Assembly (NCBI GenBank): GCA_035645855.1
Contig: DASQLU010000067.1
Span: forward strand, 231 to 64,230
Direction: 5' to 3'
Source of the DNA: Pyrinomonadaceae bacterium
GTDB taxonomy: Bacteria > Acidobacteriota > Blastocatellia > Pyrinomonadales > Pyrinomonadaceae
Length of the DNA: 64,000 nucleotides
The position numbers and the translations under genes were made by a program. Below are positions 62,315 to 64,000 of this stretch, piece by piece. The notes below the pieces were generated by a model. That model did not search any database, was not told where the DNA came from, and saw only the letters and a list, made by a program, of their open reading frames with translations. The stretch's first letter is position 1, and every line of letters begins with the position of its first letter.

Positions 62315-63118
62315 TTATGCCAGAAATTCCGACGTGGTGGAGAGCTGCATACCTCGACGCACCATCTCGCTCATGAAGTCGCGGGCGTGGGATTCAAAGC
62401 CCGGGATGTCGCTCGAAGCGTCCGTGAGCAGCACGAGCTTTGAGACGAACGAGTCGTCGCCGAAATTGTTGGCGATGTCGCGCACGGTGTTGGCGAGACA
62501 GTGCGTGCGCGCTTCGCCCGCGATGACGATGATGTCGGCGTTTTCGAGCGTCTGGATGAGGCGCGTGTTGATCTGCGTCGAAGCGTCGGCCGCATCGGGC
62601 ACGTCGGCCTGCACGGCGGAGTAGTGTTCGGTCAGGATGTTGCTGCCCTTGGTGACGTAGTCCACGAAGGCGAAGCGCGACTCCCATTCCGTGAGCGCGG
62701 AGAAGAGACCGGGAAAGACTGCGTGGCCGGGACTGCCGATGAGGCAGTGCGGCGGCCAGACGGTCAACTCGTAACGCCCGTTCTGTTCGAGCCTGCGGAC
62801 GTATTCGAGCGCGCGCTTGTACATGCCGGGCACGGTCGGCGTCCAGATGCCTTCCTCAACCTCTCTGCGGCCGATGCGGGTGAAGGCGGGCGGGTGCGCC
62901 CCGCGCGAATCTTTCCAGAAGATCGGGTGCGCGATGTGTATGAAGTGGTGCGAATCGAGCGTGACGTGGATGTCGTCGAGCTTGTTTCGAAGACGCCGGA
63001 TCATGGCGGCCAGTCGCGCCATGTCCTGCTCGGCTCCCGGCACGTAGAGCGCGCCGCGCTGCGAATCGCAGAAATCCACCTGCGGGTCGATGATCAGTAG
63101 TTCGATTCTCTTGCTCAT
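62315..63118 (-). CDS. Isochorismatase-superfamily cysteine hydrolase, nicotinamidase (PncA)-like
   Basis: LLIIDPQVDFC (catalytic Asp), GALYVPGAEQ, TLDSHH...H (metal-site-like), WPPHCLIGSPGHAV, VTKGSN (Lys), IVIAGEARTHCLANTVRDI (nucleophile Cys). Confidence 0.65.
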   Translation of the reverse strand: MSKRIELLIIDPQVDFCDSQRGALYVPGAEQDMARLAAMIRRLRNKLDDIHVTLDSHHFIHIAHPIFWKDSRGAHPPAFTRIGRREVEEGIWTPTVPGMYKRALEYVRRLEQNGRYELTVWPPHCLIGSPGHAVFPGLFSALTEWESRFAFVDYVTKGSNILTEHYSAVQADVPDAADASTQINTRLIQTLENADIIVIAGEARTHCLANTVRDIANNFGDDSFVSKLVLLTDASSDIPGFESHARDFMSEMVRRGMQLSTTSEFLA

Positions 63119-63142
63119 TGAATTGGCCTCCTTGACTGCATG

Positions 63143-63165
63143 CTTAGCGTAAAATTGACGCTAAG
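63143..63165. promoter_or_regulatory. Perfect 8-bp inverted repeat CTTAGCGT-N7-ACGCTAAG, 25-47 nt upstream of the PncA-like start; candidate NrtR operator
   Basis: The palindrome is read directly from sequence. It lies in the 116-nt spacer between the NrtR-like gene and the PncA-like gene. Operator function is inferred. Confidence 0.45.
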
Positions 63166-63234
63166 ATTTGAGGGTAAAAAAATTGGCTCGTCGCCCGCGT
63201 AACTCCTGCCGGCGGCGGCCTGCTCACGATTCGA

Positions 63235-63939
63235 CTAAAGCCCGAAACTCAGGCCGCGCTTGATCAATTGGCGGTACTTGCGCTCGTCGAATTTGTAGAG
63301 GCGCGCGGCGCGGTGCGGCACGCCCCGCTGCATCTCGTCCTGTTCCTGTAGCACGTCCATGGCGAAAATCTTCTTCCTGAAATTGCGGTTGTCGAGCTTC
63401 GTGTCGAGCACGATTTCGTAGAGCTTCTGTAACTGTTTGATCGTGAACTTGCGCGGCAGCAACTCGAAGCCGATGGGCGCATAGGTCAGTTTCCCGCGCA
63501 CTCTCGCAAGCGCCGTCCTGAGTATACGGGCGTGGTCGAAGGCGAGCTGTGGCAGGGAGTTGACGGGGAACCAGCGGGCTTGCCGCGCGTCGCTGGCGGC
63601 GTGAATGGCATGTTTGTCCGGGGACACGAGAGCGTAGTAGGCCACGGAGACGATCCAGCCGCGAGGGTCTCTTTCCGGGTCGCCGAAGGTGTAGAGTTGT
63701 TCGAGAAAAACGTCCGCGATGCTCGTCTCTTCCCGTAGTTCGCGCGCGGCCGCCGCTTCGAGCGTTTCGCCGCGGCGCACGAAGCCGCCGGGGATCGCCC
63801 ACATCCCGGCGAAAGGCTCCAGGTCTCTTTCAATAAGCATCACCTTCAGCGATTCTTCTTCAAGATCGAGTCCGAAGATAACGCAGTCGACCGTGAAACC
63901 CGGTCTCTCATGTTCGTAGCTAAAAGTCGTCGACTTCAT
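63235..63939 (-). CDS. nrtR: NrtR-like Nudix-related transcriptional regulator (Nudix domain plus C-terminal winged HTH)
   Basis: Nudix box [29 protein letters not shown]. The C-terminal [33 protein letters not shown] is the characteristic NrtR wHTH segment. Confidence 0.75.
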   Translation of the reverse strand: MKSTTFSYEHERPGFTVDCVIFGLDLEEESLKVMLIERDLEPFAGMWAIPGGFVRRGETLEAAAARELREETSIADVFLEQLYTFGDPERDPRGWIVSVAYYALVSPDKHAIHAASDARQARWFPVNSLPQLAFDHARILRTALARVRGKLTYAPIGFELLPRKFTIKQLQKLYEIVLDTKLDNRNFRKKIFAMDVLQEQDEMQRGVPHRAARLYKFDERKYRQLIKRGLSFGL

Positions 63940-63967
63940 TTGATAGTTCCGAATTTGATAGTTCCGA
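63938..63967. repeat. Perfect 15-bp tandem direct repeat (atttgatagttccga x2) overlapping the NrtR-like start codon
   Basis: 63938-63952 is identical to 63953-63967. On the coding strand it reads TCGGAACTATCAAAT TCGGAACTATCAAATG. Confidence 0.9.
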
Positions 63968-64000
63968 CGCGCGGCGGGTACTTCTCGCCGCGTCGGAGAC

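Noticed and set aside
1-64000. CRISPR arrays, rRNA and tRNA genes, integrase/recombinase genes
   Set aside because: - I saw no regularly spaced direct repeats with unique spacers.
- The non-coding stretches (2.75-3.17, 17.36-17.93, 21.6-22.0, 22.9-23.4, 43.8-44.1, 45.25-45.85, 46.35-46.8, 48.57-48.87 kb) showed no cloverleaf-like or rRNA-like sequence by eye.
- No ORF has tyrosine- or serine-recombinase motifs.

tRNAscan and Infernal would be needed to be certain.

Overview
High-GC bacterial chromosomal segment. The gene content (CarboxypepD_reg-type TonB receptor, FG-GAP/Calx-beta/DUF4214 protein, DUF4331) suggests an Acidobacteriota-like organism, but this is inference only.

Layout:
- 1-14.8 kb: ABC-transporter-dependent (Wzm/Wzt) polysaccharide cluster, interrupted by a DUF4331/TPR/double Ni-Co-transporter module.
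- 14.9-17.4 kb: TonB-dependent receptor.
- 17.9-21.6 kb: KaiC-like ATPase plus hybrid histidine kinase.
- 21.6-23.4 kb: visibly AT-richer junction with a frameshifted phosphoketolase 3' remnant and a Zn-ribbon SAM methyltransferase.
- 23.4-39.4 kb: tightly coupled six-gene operon. Its products are an SNF2 ATPase, a HEPN-like protein, a 1223-aa gamma-class N6-adenine methyltransferase, a small RHH-like protein, an 1824-aa HARE-HTH/DEDDh-exonuclease/DinG/RecQ fusion, and a HARE-HTH protein.
- 39.4-40.1 kb: truncated barnase remnant overlapping an intact barstar-like gene.
- 40.5-43.8 kb: FG-GAP repeat protein.
- 44.1-46.7 kb: lower-GC patch with an IS6-type transposase remnant, an orphan Imm53 immunity gene and short imperfect palindromic elements.
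- 46.8-48.6 kb: dynamin-like GTPase.
- 48.9-56.1 kb: second (flippase-type) polysaccharide cluster.
- 56.5-63.9 kb: NrtR-like Nudix regulator, PncA-like hydrolase, a TerY-P triad (vWA, PP2C, kinase) and a methyltransferase/tandem Nudix-like fusion.

The best candidate for an undescribed system is the 16-kb operon at 23434-39368. It looks like a methylation-coupled defence system related to, but not classifiable as, DISARM or BREX. I recognised no rRNA, tRNA, CRISPR array or integrase by eye. All domain calls rest on motif recognition in the supplied translations, not on database searches.
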